From Rhizophagus irregularis (Eukaryota): a stretch of 64,000 bases of DNA. The notes under the pieces are model-generated. The model had not been told where the DNA came from. It did not search any database and saw only the letters and a list, made by a program, of their open reading frames with translations. Location of the stretch: NCBI RefSeq assembly GCF_026210795.1, contig NC_089435.1, positions 3,100,001 through 3,164,000 on the forward strand, read 5' to 3'. The translations under genes were made by a program, and so were the position numbers. This document shows, in pieces, positions 12,917-27,207 of this stretch (position 1 is its first letter; each line of letters starts with the position of its first letter).

Positions 12917-14404
12917 CTAATTTGAACATTTCTTAACAACAACTTGAAAAACTTCATAATCAATCATCGTTTCAAATTTGCCTACCGGTATATCTACATC
13001 AGGATAAGAACTGCTACGATCCCTACAACATCTGTTGTTTTTAAAAATTAAATCACCTCCCAAACCAAATATTGGACCAAAGTCACAACGACAAAGTACA
13101 GAATACACATCATTACTATATCCTACTTTTGCACTTTAAAGGATATCTTTATTTGCAAATGAGAATATAAAGCAATCTTTTGTAGACTTCCACTTATCAG
13201 TTAAATCCCACTGAAGTGAAATATATCCTCCAACTATTTGATTCGAATTTGTAATTTTTGCTATAACTATAGTAGCACCTTTATTATCACATTTAGTATA
13301 AAAGTCTGAAGTTGTATTACCATCCCTACTAGCACGATAAAGTAAATTGAAATTATAAGGAATATTCTTTAAATTATAATAAAACTGAATTTTCTTTTCA
13401 ATCCAGCCAGAAAAAATATCAAAATGTTTGTTATAGATGATGACAGAATCATAAACACATTGTTGTTTCCTAGGAAATTGAATATCAACATTTAATCGTA
13501 TGGAGCCATATGAAATACAAGTATATTATTAATTAATTCTTTTGGTAATATTTCTTTATAAGGATATACTTTAGGTGACAAAATTTGCTGAAGGTATATG
13601 ATAAAATCTTATCAACGGAATAAATCTATAAATAGTTCTCTCCATGATTGTAATTTCTTCTTTATTCCATTTATTAACATCTTGTTGAATAGTAGGATGT
13701 TGAGAAAAACACCACTTAATCAAGTTATTCCATATATCAATTTCATCCAATGACAAAATCATTTCGTTTTAAAAGTAATTCTAATAAAGTTGCATTTAAA
13801 TTGATAAATTTATCAGATTTAATAACACATCTGGTTTGTCACAAATTTTTTCAACATAATAATTCCATAAATCTGTGAAAGTTTCACGTTGGTAAACTGT
13901 TTCAAGAATTTCCACAGGGTTATTTTGCAAACATTCATGTTGATGTTTGGTCAAATATTCTTGAATACAAATTATTAATCTTTGGATTTTAAATTCATCC
14001 ACTGCTGATAAAAGCTTTAGAATATCTAGTCCTTGTAATTTCAATAAATAAACCTATTATATTAAAAGAACTTTGTGTCGTTAATTTCGATATATATAGA
14101 GTTATAGACAGTATATACGTTTACTTTTATTATTACTTTTTTTTCATTACCTTAAAATAATTTCAAAAAATTGAGGAGTAATATTAGGAAAATTAAAAAT
14201 AAAATTTCCATCCTTTTTATTGGTCAATTCATTAGAAAGTACCGTACGAAAATATTGAGACCTAATACGTAAAATATTTGAAAACGCATGTATTTCTTTT
14301 ACATTTTCATTGTCACCGGCGTAAATAATAACATCATATCCTTCATCAGTTTCAAATAATTTTTCATAATCATTAGCAAGTTCCTGAGAATATTCAAAAG
14401 ACAT
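12917..14404 (-). pseudogene. BTB-BACK-TLDc pseudogene
   Basis: MSFEYSQELANDYEKL.., one intron, TLDc end (FGPIFG..DYEVFQVV); small deletions and frameshifts relative to 19952-21454. Confidence 0.88.
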
Positions 14405-15921
14405 TTGTTTTTTTAAGAGAGAATTTTTTTTTTTAAAAAAAAACCTTGTATACCATGATCGACGTTTTATTTTGTAATGACGAATCACATGACGAAATTT
14501 ATCAGCTGGAACATTGAATTTTGTTACACAATTATTAATTAAACGATATTTTAATTTATATTTTGGGTTATTTTATTAAAAAATTAATAAATTTGAAGAC
14601 TTTGACGGATGATACTAGGTTCATTACTATCGTCAAAGGATTGAATAGTAGTTGCAAAAAAGAATGAATTACAATATTTATAACTTTATCTTGAATAATT
14701 TTAAATACTTGAGGAGAAAAATTAATTTTATCACCATCATTAAACATTGTTATATTTCATAATTGTTAATGTAGTTTTAATATGTAAATTGATTTTACAA
14801 GAAAAACGTGAATAGAGTAAAACCTTTTATGATGACGTTAGTGCTTAAAAGGTTGCATTATAAATCATCCGAACTTTGACATCATTGGGAAAAAATATTC
14901 TGGTGTCCAGAATATATCTGGAAATTGTCATGAAAATTTGCGTCTAGAAAATGACTCGTTTTTGAGAACATCTTCCGCCTACAATTTGCTTAATTTTTAA
15001 CAGGATATTTTTCTAGGCATTTAGACATTTACTGGACAATTTCCGGACATTCTTTTTTATAGGGAATACCTTGAAATAAACGCTGTGTTATCACTAATTT
15101 GGTTTGGAATGATAACTAACGTCGGAGATGTCAAGCCGATTAGTTATGGCAAAAAGTCAAACAATCAAGATTTATACTGTAGGTGTTTCAATAATATTGT
15201 AACAAAATATATATGTATCACTAATAATTCCCAATAGAAAATTAGTAATAAAAATGTAATTCTGGTAAAATAATGTAAGAGTTTCTTAAGGATAAAAATC
15301 TATCAAACAAATAACGACAAAATACAAAGGTAAAACAAGTAAAACACGCGAAAAGTTTAATACTGAAAAAAAGAAACTAACAATCAAATCAAATAATACT
15401 TCGGATAACACAATCTAAACTCTCTGTTAGATCTACTCAGGTGTTGACAACCTTTATTCAAAAGAAAATATTGCCCTATATATGTTTACATTTTCATACA
15501 TGACAGTTTGAACTTATCAATATTATCCTATTATACTAATATGATTATCAATCAATTGTTCTTTTCTCATTGCAATTATCTGTAAAAACCTTTCTATTAC
15601 CATTTTGTATAAGTTCCATAAGTCTATATGATTCATCAACTATGTAAATCTCAAGAAACTTCTCTAGCTAACTAATAAAGCAATTTTACTAATGTTATAA
15701 TAATTAAACTGATACTTATAATTGAATATTTATGAGTCAAAAGTAATAATAATACTAAAAGTGGTTAATTAATGTAAGTAACTAATAAAACTAAAATATA
15801 TATAAGAAATGTTTCATATTGTAATAAACTCAGTCATGATGGGATTTCTGCGCACTGCATCATGTGACTTGTTCGATCTTCATGGGTAACCCTAACAATA
15901 ATTTTAAATAATCCTATCTAA

Positions 15922-16119
15922 TACCGCTATCAGCGTATTCCATTTTTCCCATTTGAAAGGTTAGCGTAGTCCTAGCTTTTTGAATAGACAGTCCGAAGTG
16001 TGAGGTCCCGTAGGGGATTAACTTCCAAAATTCTATACACGTATATTAGTTGTCAAACATGAAAATGTCTTCTCACTTCTATTTGTAATAGTTTTGGATG
16101 TACTTCTCTTCTAGTAATA

Positions 16120-16143
<24 letters not shown>
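15922..16143 (+). mobile_element. 5'-truncated non-LTR retroelement/SINE-like insertion
   Basis: (TAAA)n tail; 16-bp TSD AAATAATCCTAT(C/T)TAA at 15906-15921 and 16144-16159. Confidence 0.7.
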
Positions 16144-16150
<7 letters not shown>

Positions 16151-17826
16151 CCTATTTAAGCAAAAATTTTGGTAACATTCGCTGCATGTAAATCAACAAG
16201 CTGCAAATAATCGTTAGTTTTACACAATGCGACTTTTTGTTCTTTATTTGTCAAAAACAGCATGGCGTCTTTTAGTAATCCATCAAGAACAAATATAGAA
16301 AAATGGAAAAAGCAAATTAGGAGATTGATAGAGTTATGATATTAAAAAAAAGGTTATTTATATCTACATATGGATAATCAATCCATTTAAATAAATCATT
16401 TGGAAAAATGGAATGATTAAGCGTTAAATCATTGAAGAATCAAATGGAGAAAATGAAAGGAACAAATTAGGAACTGATTTAAACGACATTAAAAGGTTAT
16501 CTTATTTGTTTCTATAAATGAGATGTCTATAAAATCGGGTTTGATCACGTAATCTTTGACAAGTAGTATTACAGCATTAGAAAACAAACGTCAGTTGTGA
16601 AAATATTAGGTAGCAAATAGAACTCTCAAATCGAAAAAAATTCCGTTCCCAGAATGCAATAGTGAAAAACGGAAGGACATGATAGGTGAAAATTACATAT
16701 TATATCGCGGTCGTATCTATATTTAAATGACATTTCATTCCATTTAAAAATTATATATGAAAAAAGAAATAATCAAAATCATATTACAAGGAGTTTTCTA
16801 TAATTCATATTCCGTCATAAAGTCACTTGGATTTTCAGATCCAATTGTTGCCTCTGATGATGAGACTAGGAAAAAATGGTTCTATCGTGAGCTGTTTTAT
16901 TTGTTATTCGTAAGATTTATGCCCTTTTCATTATTCCTGTTATAACTCCAATAATTTCATTTTGTTAAACAATTTTGGAATTTTGGTTTTAATCGTTCAG
17001 CATTGGGCGCTATACAAGCTCGCGATAAGAAATAATTGGAAAGCTGTACCTTGGTATCTTAGATCTCCGATCTATGAATTATATCACGTCTGTTTTTACT
17101 CATTGTAACAAGGCTAACACAGAAAAGGTTAATTGATAGACTCAACAAATTTTCTTGAAAAAATTAATAAGCAATACATATCAAATCCCGAATGGTTTGA
17201 ACTTCAGGTTCACTTACCAGATTACGTCTTGAAAAAAAACAATATTTCTGCGTGCTATTAAATGGAATTTCAACTTTTTCGATCTTGAAATTAGTCCGAC
17301 TTGTTTATGAAATACAAAATGTTAAGTCAAAATCAGAAATTTAATGATTATGAAAATAATGCGATGCAAGATTATACTAAAAAGTTTACTTGGTAGGTTA
17401 AATTAAATGATTTAAATCAGTTATTATTATTATGGCGTTTCATAGACTAGTCAAATTAGTATTTTGTAGTGCTTTGATCCTAATAAAGAAATTAAAACTT
17501 GCTCGTGATTATCGAATAAAATTTTTATTCGTTACAAACTTATAATATCCATTTTGAATTATTCAATAAATATTTTATTTATATTTCAAGAAACAGGATT
17601 ATATAATCCATTAATTATAGTTTTTTTCTCGTTCAATATGATTATACATGAATTTAAAAGCTTGCATATGAAATTAAACATTTGTTACCAGAAGTCAGTA
17701 TTTTTTTATTTTCAGTGAGACTTTAACCTCTGCTGTTTATACCTTACAGTAAAAATTAGATAGTGAATTTAAAAAAAATTCCGGTGTAACATTTAAGCAA
17801 TTTGTGTATAATTTATGACATTATAG

Positions 17827-19599
17827 CCCTATAAAAAAATTGGATACGTTTTTTATAAAGTTTTTATACGATTTTTTTCCTTAGAAATAACGTATCATAA
17901 TAGGATACGGAAAAATGCACAATTCCGTATCACTAAAAATATGGTTTGGATACGGAATTTGCACGGAATTCATATGGAATTTACATGATTTGATCACTGA
18001 TTTTATCACGAAATTTATACGATTTGGTCACTGAATTTACTATTTGTATTACAGTTTACTATAATTATATTTACATAAATCTAATTTTACTTTATTAAAT
18101 TAAATAAAAAATAAAAAATAAACAAAATACAAATACATTATGAAAATTCCCTCCTTATTAAAACAACTATTGCTCTATAAGTTCAGGTTCATTTGGAGTC
18201 AAACAACCTAAAAAAAAGCAAAAAAAAGAAACATAAGAACGTCTAACTTAATTGGAAACAAAACCCCCCCTTCATATAGTATCTGCAATCGTCCAAGTCA
18301 CCAAAGGTCAGCATTCCTACAAAAAAAGAAAGAGAACTCCAGAATGTCTGACCTACATAAAAGAAAAGAATTATGAAGCATCTGATGAAAAAGAAACCAA
18401 AACAACAAAATAAATCAAAACTGACCTACAAAAAAAGAAGACTCTAAAGCAACAAAACTGAAACAACCTACAAAAAGAAAAGAATCCGAACCCAACTTAC
18501 AAAAAAAAAAAAAGAAAAAAGAAACTGAATCTTCTCACAAAAAAAAATCTGCTGGCCTATGAAATAAAAAAAGGGATAAATATAAATAAAAAAGAAAGGG
18601 GAATAAAGAATAAATCAAAAAAAAATATATTTTTTAAAAGAGAGTAACGAAGTTAGGAAAGTTAAAAAAAATTTTTTTTTAAAGGGAGGACGTCAAAGTT
18701 AGAAAAATAAAAATTTTTATAAAGAGGAAATAGAAATAGAAAGAAGAAAATTTTTTTTAGAAAAAAAGAAGAGTGGGAATAAAAGAATAAAAATCAAAAA
18801 AAAATTTTTTTTTAAGGGAGTGACGAAAAAAAATTTTTTTTTAAAGAGTGATGAAAAAAAAAAATTTTAAAGTGAGGTACGAAAAAAAAAATTTTTTTTT
18901 AAAAGGGGGGGTGACGAAAAAAGAAAAAAAAATTTAGAAAAAATAACAAAAATAAGACAAGAGAAAAGGGAAGGAAGAAAGGAAGATCGGAAGATCAAAC
19001 TCATCAAAGTAAGGGTTTATAACGTACCATAACAAACAATAAACAATCACGTGATCTCGTGTTATGATACGAGATTTGTAACTAAACAACTCAAAATAGT
19101 GTAAATCATTCCACCTCTTACAGTATTCACAGGTGGCAACCTGCTAGGTTGAAAGGAAAATACGGATTGGTGCGTGACATCTAATTGTTTATGGACACTA
19201 TTCCCATGTTGGTAGTAGCATAGGATTAGACTAGATACCTTTTATATAGAAGTTCGGGTCTGTTCTGTAATGGATGATAGCAAGAAGTAGGATAAAATCC
19301 CTTTCGAGGGTATATATCCTGTTTAATTGTCTATCCAAACTTCACAATAAATAAATAAATAAATAAAGTTTAAAAATCCCGTATACATTCCGTATGATTA
19401 ATTTTTTCCGTATACATTTCGTATACATTAGTTTTTTTAAAAATGAATTGCTTATTAAATATACGAAATTTGTATACGGAATCTATAGAAACGTACATAA
19501 AATGTATACAAAACGTATCCTTTCCGTATACATATTGTAAAGAAGTTAAAATGTCATCTTAAACCTCACGAATTATTACGTATTCAGGCCAATATAGGG
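17827..19599. mobile_element. Non-autonomous TIR element with CCCTATA...TATAGGG ends (CMC/CACTA-like)
   Basis: Short terminal inverted repeats; many subterminal ATACG/CCGTAT motifs at both ends; A-rich interior; TSD not clear. Confidence 0.55.
19085..19367 (+). mobile_element. 3' end of a non-LTR retroelement nested in the TIR element
   Basis: (AATA)n tail at 19346-19367; patchy similarity to the 3' UTR at 34185-34230; 5' boundary approximate. Confidence 0.5.
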
Positions 19600-19951
19600 A
19601 TAAAATATTTTTTTTTTTAGAATAATAAAGAATACTAGTCTCTACGAGACACAGGTTCGATTTGGTATTTATAACCTTTATTATCATAGACAAATTCTAA
19701 AAAAAAAAATTCACATCATATTAAATTATCATGAATATACAAAGAAACGAGTTCAATAATAAATAAATAAAAATTCAAAATTTGTTCTTATTATCAGAAG
19801 AATGATTAATTTATAATTAAATTATAATTTCAATATGAAGTCACTTAACGCTTAGCGTTTTTAGTGTGTAAACAACCCATTTAGTTATTCATAAATCAAA
19901 ATCTTTATTATTAAAGTTTCCTATAAGTATACCGTGAATACACAAATTTGA

Positions 19952-21454
19952 TTATTTCTTAACAACTAGAAAAACTTCATAATCATCCGTTTTAAATTTA
20001 TTTAACGGTATACCTACATCAGGATAAGAACTGCTATAACTCCTATACCATCCATTGTTAACAGACAAACCTAAATCATTTCCACTACCAAACAACGGAC
20101 CATAGTTAATATTCCCACCATAGATAGAAAACTCATCACCATTACTATATCCTACTTTTGCGCTTTGTAGGTTATCTTTATTTGCAAATGAGAAAATAAA
20201 GCTATCTCTTGTAGACTTCCATGCACTATTTGAATCCCCATAAAGAAGATTGTATCCTCCAACTATTTGCTCCGAATTTGCAATCTTTACTATAACTATA
20301 GTAGCTCCTTTATTATCACATTTAGCATGAAATGTCGCAATTGTATTACCATCCCTACTAGCACGATAAAGTAAATTGAAATTATAAGGAACATTCTTTA
20401 CATCATAGTATGACTCATTTTTCTTTTCAATCCAGCTAGAAAAAATAGCAAAATGTTTGTTACCAACGATAACAGAATCATAAACACATTTTGGTTTCCT
20501 GGGAGATTGTAAATCCACATTCAATTTCTCATCTGGTGCCATGTGAAATACAAGTATACTATTAACTATATCCTTTGGCAATATTTCTTTAAAAGGATAT
20601 ACTTTAGTAACAAAATCTGCTGAGGGGATTTGATAAAATCTTATTAACGGAATAAATCTATGAATGGTTCTTTCCATAATTACAATTTCTTCTTTATTCC
20701 ATTTATTAACATCTTGTTGAATAGTAGGATGCTGAGAAAAACACCACTTAATCAAGCTATTCCATATAATAATTTCATCCAATGACAAATCATCTCTTTT
20801 TAAAAGTAATTCTAATAAAGGTGCTTTTAAATTGATGAATTTATCAGATTTAAATAATAAATCTGGTTTAGTACAAATTACTTCAAGACAATAATTCCAT
20901 AAATCTGTAAAAGTTTCATGTAAATAGATTGTTTCAAGAATTTCGGTAGGATTTTGTTGTAAAAATTCATGTTGATGTTTAATAAAATATTCCTGAATAC
21001 AAATCACTAGTCTTTGGATTTTAAGTTCATCCGCTGTCGCCAAAAGCTTTAGAATATCTGGTCCCGGCAATTTCTCCAAATCTATCTTTCCACAATAAAT
21101 AAACCTAAATATTAAATGAATATTGCGTCATTAATTTTGACATAGACTGTATATAATATTATGTTTACTTTTAACTTTATTATTACTTGTTTTTTATTAC
21201 CTTAAAATAATTTTAAAAAATTGAGGAGAAATGTTAGGAAAATTAAAAATATATTTTCCATCCTTTTTCTTGGTCAATTCTTTAGAAAAAGCCGTACGAA
21301 AATATTGAGACCTGATACATAAAATAATTGAATGTGAATGTATTTCTTCTACATTTTTATTTTCACCGGCGTAGATAATAACGTTATATTCTTCATCAGT
21401 TTTAAGTAAATTTTCATAATCATCAGCAAGTTCCTGAAAATATTCAAAGGACAT
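19952..21454 (-). CDS. BTB-BACK-TLDc protein, about 468 aa, intact; exons 21454-21201 and 21104-19952
   Basis: BTB (VIIYAGE..HSIIL..RSQYF); GT-AG intron joins ILR-FIYCGKIDL in frame; TLDc (LLYRASRDG..FHAKCDNKG..IVGGYN..DYEVF). Confidence 0.93.
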
Positions 21455-23013
21455 TTTTTTTTAAAAAGAAAAAAAAAATTTTTTTAAAAAAAAGAAAAGG
21501 AAAAAAAAGGACTTGTATTACTTGTATTACATGATCGACGTTTTATTTTACCTTTGTTCATATGATTATTTTAAAAAAAATTGTAATTTCAAAAACTATA
21601 AATAGTTTTAAAATAAAATAATAGCAAATATAAAATGAATAATTAAAAATTATAAACTACTGGTTAGATTTTTTATAAAAAAATTTGCCAAAATCTGGTT
21701 AAAAACTGATTATTAAAATCGGAAAAAGTTGCTATTAGTCAGTAATTAATATTGTTTATTTGAACTATCATACTATTCCAATTCAAGATGAATTGTTTTT
21801 AGTTAGTAAACTAAATTGCCAATGTGATCTATTAGTATTGTTCTATTTCAGTCATTTCAAAGCCACAAAAATAAACATAATATGGTAGAAAAAGAAGTGG
21901 CTTGATTGATAATATTCAAACAAAAAAATAATAATATTGTTAAATGGAAGATTGTTAGTTAATTAGAAAAAAATTGTTTAAAATAAAATTGGTTAATTAA
22001 AAAAATTGGCAAAAAACAAATGTCATCGGTAAATATGCTGATCTACAAATTTTTCCAAATCAGCCACAATTCCCGGGTGATCTGCCATTCTTTTTTTTTT
22101 ATTTAAATAACTTTAATTCGTAGAAAAAATTACAGGCCTCTTCGGTATCAGTATCAGAATCAGAATCAGATACTGAATCAGATACTAAATATATATATAA
22201 TAATAATGAACAGTCATTTAGGTCGCACAAATTTCTAACAAAGGTGATTTTTTTGGAAAAAGGAAATTGTTTATTACACTAAAGATGATAAATATATATA
22301 AAATTTCATTTTTAAGGTAACACAAATCTCTTGGCAGACCACCCTTAATTATATTATCAGTTATGTTAATTAATAAATATATATCTATATAATTAAAAAA
22401 AATTGTGTTTGATGTGATTAACGTTTAGATTAGCCTATAGGATTATCCAATGTGTTGTTCATCTGCGCCTCTGCACCTGACCTATTACGTTCTGATCGAT
22501 ATATACAATGTTTAATTACTAATGTTGTGTAACATTTAATATGATCTATCGCGCCTGATCTACGCTTAATAGTTAAGACCACTTGATCGGCAAATTCATT
22601 CTAATTTACTAATGTACGTAAGAATTAATTTTTATTCTCGGTAATCACCCTTTCACTAATACTTATAAATGATAGGTAATTAACTTTTATAGGAATAACA
22701 ATAGATCAGTATAATCTATATTCTATATAATAAATAAATTTTAATATAGAAAAATAAATTTTTTGATCGGTAACTGACATTTTTCTAACTATCTTTAGCA
22801 ATAATGATAGATCCCTATAACAGGTGTTTTTTTTTGAGATGTATTTTTCAATTATATAGATTAATATAGATTTTTTTAACAATAGAACATTATGATGGTA
22901 TTTTTGTTTTTATATCAATAAATAATGTATTTGTAAACACATAAATAAATAATAAATTCTACAATACTGCAACATCTCCTTCGTGTAATAATAAGATTTG
23001 CATCAAATTTCCA

Positions 23014-24160
23014 TCTATATAACACATCTACTTATCTATATAACAAAAAAAATTTGTCTGACGTTTGGATTTGTCTCCGTATAAATAATTTGAATTGTGT
23101 AACTTGAAATTCCATGCCATATAATTATTTATGGTCAAAAACTATTCGATTATTAATTTTTTTTGTTCGATTTTTTTTTTCAAATATTTTTAACTTTTTT
23201 TGGTTCCTTTTTTTTTAAACTTTTCAAACCGAAAAAAATTTTTTCTCCCTTTTATTTCAGTTTTTTATTAAATAATCCTCATTGTTTTGGTCTTTTAAGA
23301 CCAATTTATTTTATTTTATTTTATTTTGATCTTTTTTTTTAGACCGTATTGTTATTTTTTTAAAAAAAAAATTTTTTTTTTTCACTCTTTTGGATCGAAT
23401 TATTGTCCTTTTTTTTCAGAATTTTTTCGTACTTTATTTTTTTTTCGGATTCCTTTTTTTTCGGAAATTTCCCTTTTTTTTAAACTGATTTCTTTCTTTA
23501 TCCTTTTTCTTCCCCCAAATTTTTTTTAAATTTTTTTTCTTTTTCTTTCAATTTTTTATTATTATTAAATAAAAAATAAAATACTATATTAAATATATAT
23601 TTACAAAATTATTATTTTTTTAAAAAAAATCAACATAACATATTAGATATAGGAAAATTGACCAACGTAGTAAGATTTTTTCAATTAAATTGAACGCTGG
23701 ACAAATAGTTTGCATAAAACTAAAAGAAAAAATAAAGTTAGTAGGGAACGGAAATTACATGTAATAAATAAACAAAAACAAAAAAATAAAAAACATACCT
23801 TAGTAGTTACAAAGAAGAACCGAAAGACCAAAAAAAATGAATTCACAAATATAAAATGATCAGCTCATTAATTAGCCAATAAAATTTAATGTACAAATTT
23901 AATAATGAGGTCATATCACCGGGTAAATTATATAGGTTCAATCACCCTAGGTGAAAAATTATTAAATCGCAAACGTCAAATCATTAATATAAGCTATATT
24001 ATAGTAAATATAATTTATATCATTCTAATATTATAAATATAATTTAAAAACAAAAAACTACTATAAACATCTTTAATTAACTTAGTATTACATTATAATA
24101 CTAATTTTTCTATTTAAACAAACTCATTGGTCCCGGTGCGAAGCAACGGGCGACTGCTAG
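23014..24160 (+). mobile_element. Non-autonomous Helitron
   Basis: A|TC start (repeated at 23014, 23027, 23035); 3' hairpin CCCGGTGC-GAA-GCAACGGG then CTAG|T; second copy at 52044-54610 (-). Confidence 0.8.
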
Positions 24161-24899
24161 TATATTTATTAAGAAAAAAGGAAATTTCGTTAAGAAATTG
24201 CGTTAATAAATATAATTTACCCTCTTCAGAAATTCAAATAAGTATAAATATATGAAATATTAATATTTAAAAATATTAATACATCATTTCTTACTTTTAT
24301 TTTAAAAAATTAAATGTAATAAGAATATGCAATTTATTAAAATTATGCGTAAAACACTATATATATTGATATATGATTAGACAAGTTCCTCTAACTACTA
24401 TTAGTCGAACTCGAGTAGATTACTTAATAAATACAAAAAAAAAATTATAAGTAATAAAATACTATAAACTAGAGATTAAATCAATTACAAAAAGGATAGA
24501 GGATTTTAAATGTGAAATTATTTATTCCAAAAAATATCACGTTATTTTAAAAGTGTAGCGTGATTCATTATGTTAATAATAGAACTATTTAATATTATTA
24601 GGAAATTTTGACACTACTTTTACATAATTATTGAATAAGCAGCTTTGAAATAATTTTGCCCAAATTATATATATATAGTTATACAGTACATATCATAACT
24701 AGTGTTTATAGTTGCGATATATTATATAAAACCATTTGTTTAACAAATTATATAAAGAATGATAAAATGAACAATAAAATGCTATAGAACAAGAAAATGA
24801 ATTTAATCACTTTCATTTAAAATGCTTTGTCGTTCATATATTACCATATTGTCTATTTTACATTGACTAATATTATTCCTTTAATTAAAAGACCATACG

Positions 24900-25384
24900 T
24901 CAGCTTTGCATTGCGATAATGTATTTGCTGCATACTTATTATCTCACAACAAGAAAAATTGATTGTCTTGACCCCATAGGTGTATTTATGGGCGAATTCG
25001 GCAATTTCCTTAAGAGAGTCATCTTTATATGAGTGCCGAAAAGCCCAGGTGTGCCACATATTGCCGTTAATTGACAACGTTAATATTTTTTCGTTTTCGA
25101 ATCCTATATATTTAGTTATTTTTATCATTTCCTTTCTTAATACTGATAAAAAATAAATTTCAAGAATATCACTTACCCATCCGTCTGAAACTTCAAAAAG
25201 TTCATTATGCCGGAGAAGCAGGTTACCTAGTGTAGTTACCTAATGTACTTTCCCTGTCCCTATAAGGAATAGCTCTTATAATTAACGAGAAGCAAGAAAG
25301 TAAAAAAGACTTGCCTGTTTTTCCCATTAAGAGGATACTAACTGGATGTCGAACATCTATTTCAGGATCCATTTCAGAACTCAT
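24900..25384 (-). pseudogene. AIG1-type (GIMAP-like) GTPase relic
   Basis: ILLMGKTG-[intron]-TGK(S)TLGN P-loop with a 1-nt loss and a 13-nt duplication; TPGLF (DTPG motif); LKEIAE..YGVKTI; frameshifted and truncated. Confidence 0.7.
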
Positions 25385-27207
25385 TCAGAGTTATATTTCA
25401 GAATAAAAAACAAAATGATACCTTTTTTATATGTTATTCAATCATGCGATTACTACGTTACGTTGCATTGCTCGACACTGTAAAAGTAATGTCCAAAAGT
25501 ATTGTATTGACATCTTATATTAACTAAATTTAGCTAAACTAATTGTCGATGATACATATAGTTCTATATTTATAAAGAGTTGGAGCTCGTATCGGTCCGG
25601 AGACCGAGAAAAATCCGGTGACCAGTTTCTAACATAAACCCGGTTTGAATATTTAAATCGGTTTGTATAGAGACCGGTTTAATTAGACATTTCATAACTT
25701 ATATAAATAGCCTTTTATTATTTGTTACAAAAAACTCGTGTATTAATTTTGTGATTAAATACAGTTATTTCAACTACTTTTTTTAAAAAAAATTCAAATC
25801 ATACAACAAATCATAATATGCACGTGACTTATAGTATCACATGACTAATCACGTTTATAATATAACTAACATAAATCATAATACATTTATTTTATAGGTG
25901 CTTAGTTTAGTTTTGTTTTTGTAATTCGTTCTTCTAACAGTTGCTTGTAATCCCGGTTTCCGTCTTCATGATAAAAATAAAAATAAATTATTTTATAGGT
26001 AGATAGATCATAGATAAACTGTACTGAAACCGATTGAATTAAGAAAAAGCTCATGCAGTACAGTACAGTGCATATAATATATAAGTGTTGTACTGTACAA
26101 AAAAAATTAGTACAGCTTAAAATTGGATCACGTGATTCAAATATTATAATTTTTTTAACAAAAATTTTTTCGCAAGATAATCTTATTTATTGAAATTTAT
26201 TATATTAAATACACTGTTAAACTAAAAGCAAAAGTATACTTTATAGTGATGTGAGTTTATTTTATGTTTATTAAAGAGATTGATTAATAAATTCAAAATC
26301 AAAAATTTTATTTTAACGTGACTAGCAGTAAACAACACAATGAAGGTAATCTAATAATAAAAATAAAAAAGAATTACAATGGTGAAAATGTACTGATAAA
26401 TAAAGGATAAAGAGAATAAATGAGAGTAAAAAAAAAATAAAGGAGATATAGAAGAATGGAAATAAAGAAAGAGGATATGATGAATAAGAATAGATGATGA
26501 TGAATGGTAAGGGTAAGAAATGGATAAAGAAGGGACAAAAATAAAGAGGGTGAAGATCAAGGACAAAACCCATAAAAATAAGGAAAGATCAATGAAAGAT
26601 CGAGCACGAATCCATAAGATTAATGACAAGACCATAAAGTTTAAAGAACAAAAAGGTAAAATAAAATGAAAAATGACAAACCCCACAAAAAAAAGGATGA
26701 ATAAAAGTTAGTAAGAAATGAAATATAAGAAACAAAAACAAAAAAGAAAAAGAAAAAAGTACCTTTGACTGCAACTTAAAAATCTAAGAAAATAAAAGTT
26801 GACGACCTATAAAAAAAGAAGGAAAATAGAGACGAAATATAAGAAACAAAGCAAAAACAAAAACAGAAAAAATTAAAGATCTAAGAAATAAAATGGTAGG
26901 ATTAGTAATAATACGAAGGTAAAACAAAATTAAAGAAAAAAATATCACTTCATTTACCAGTCTCCTTCAGACTCCTTGTTTGGAAGAGCACACTACCTGA
27001 AGAAAAAAATAAAGGTTAGTAAAAAATGAAAGTTACCACAAAAGACAAAAAAAAATCATTTTTTTTAAAAGCTAACCCTTAGTATACCTTTCTGAAATGT
27101 GGACGAAAGACCTAAAGAAAAAAAGAATATTGCTAAAGAAGCCGACACGTCTGAAAAAAAAATTATCTGATCATAATAGGTTGTACGAACACAACTAGCT
27201 GATTGTA

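Noticed and set aside
16262..17230. Short coding-like fragments (MASFSNPSRTNIEKW..., 16757-16945)
   Set aside because: Interrupted by stops, with no recognisable motif.
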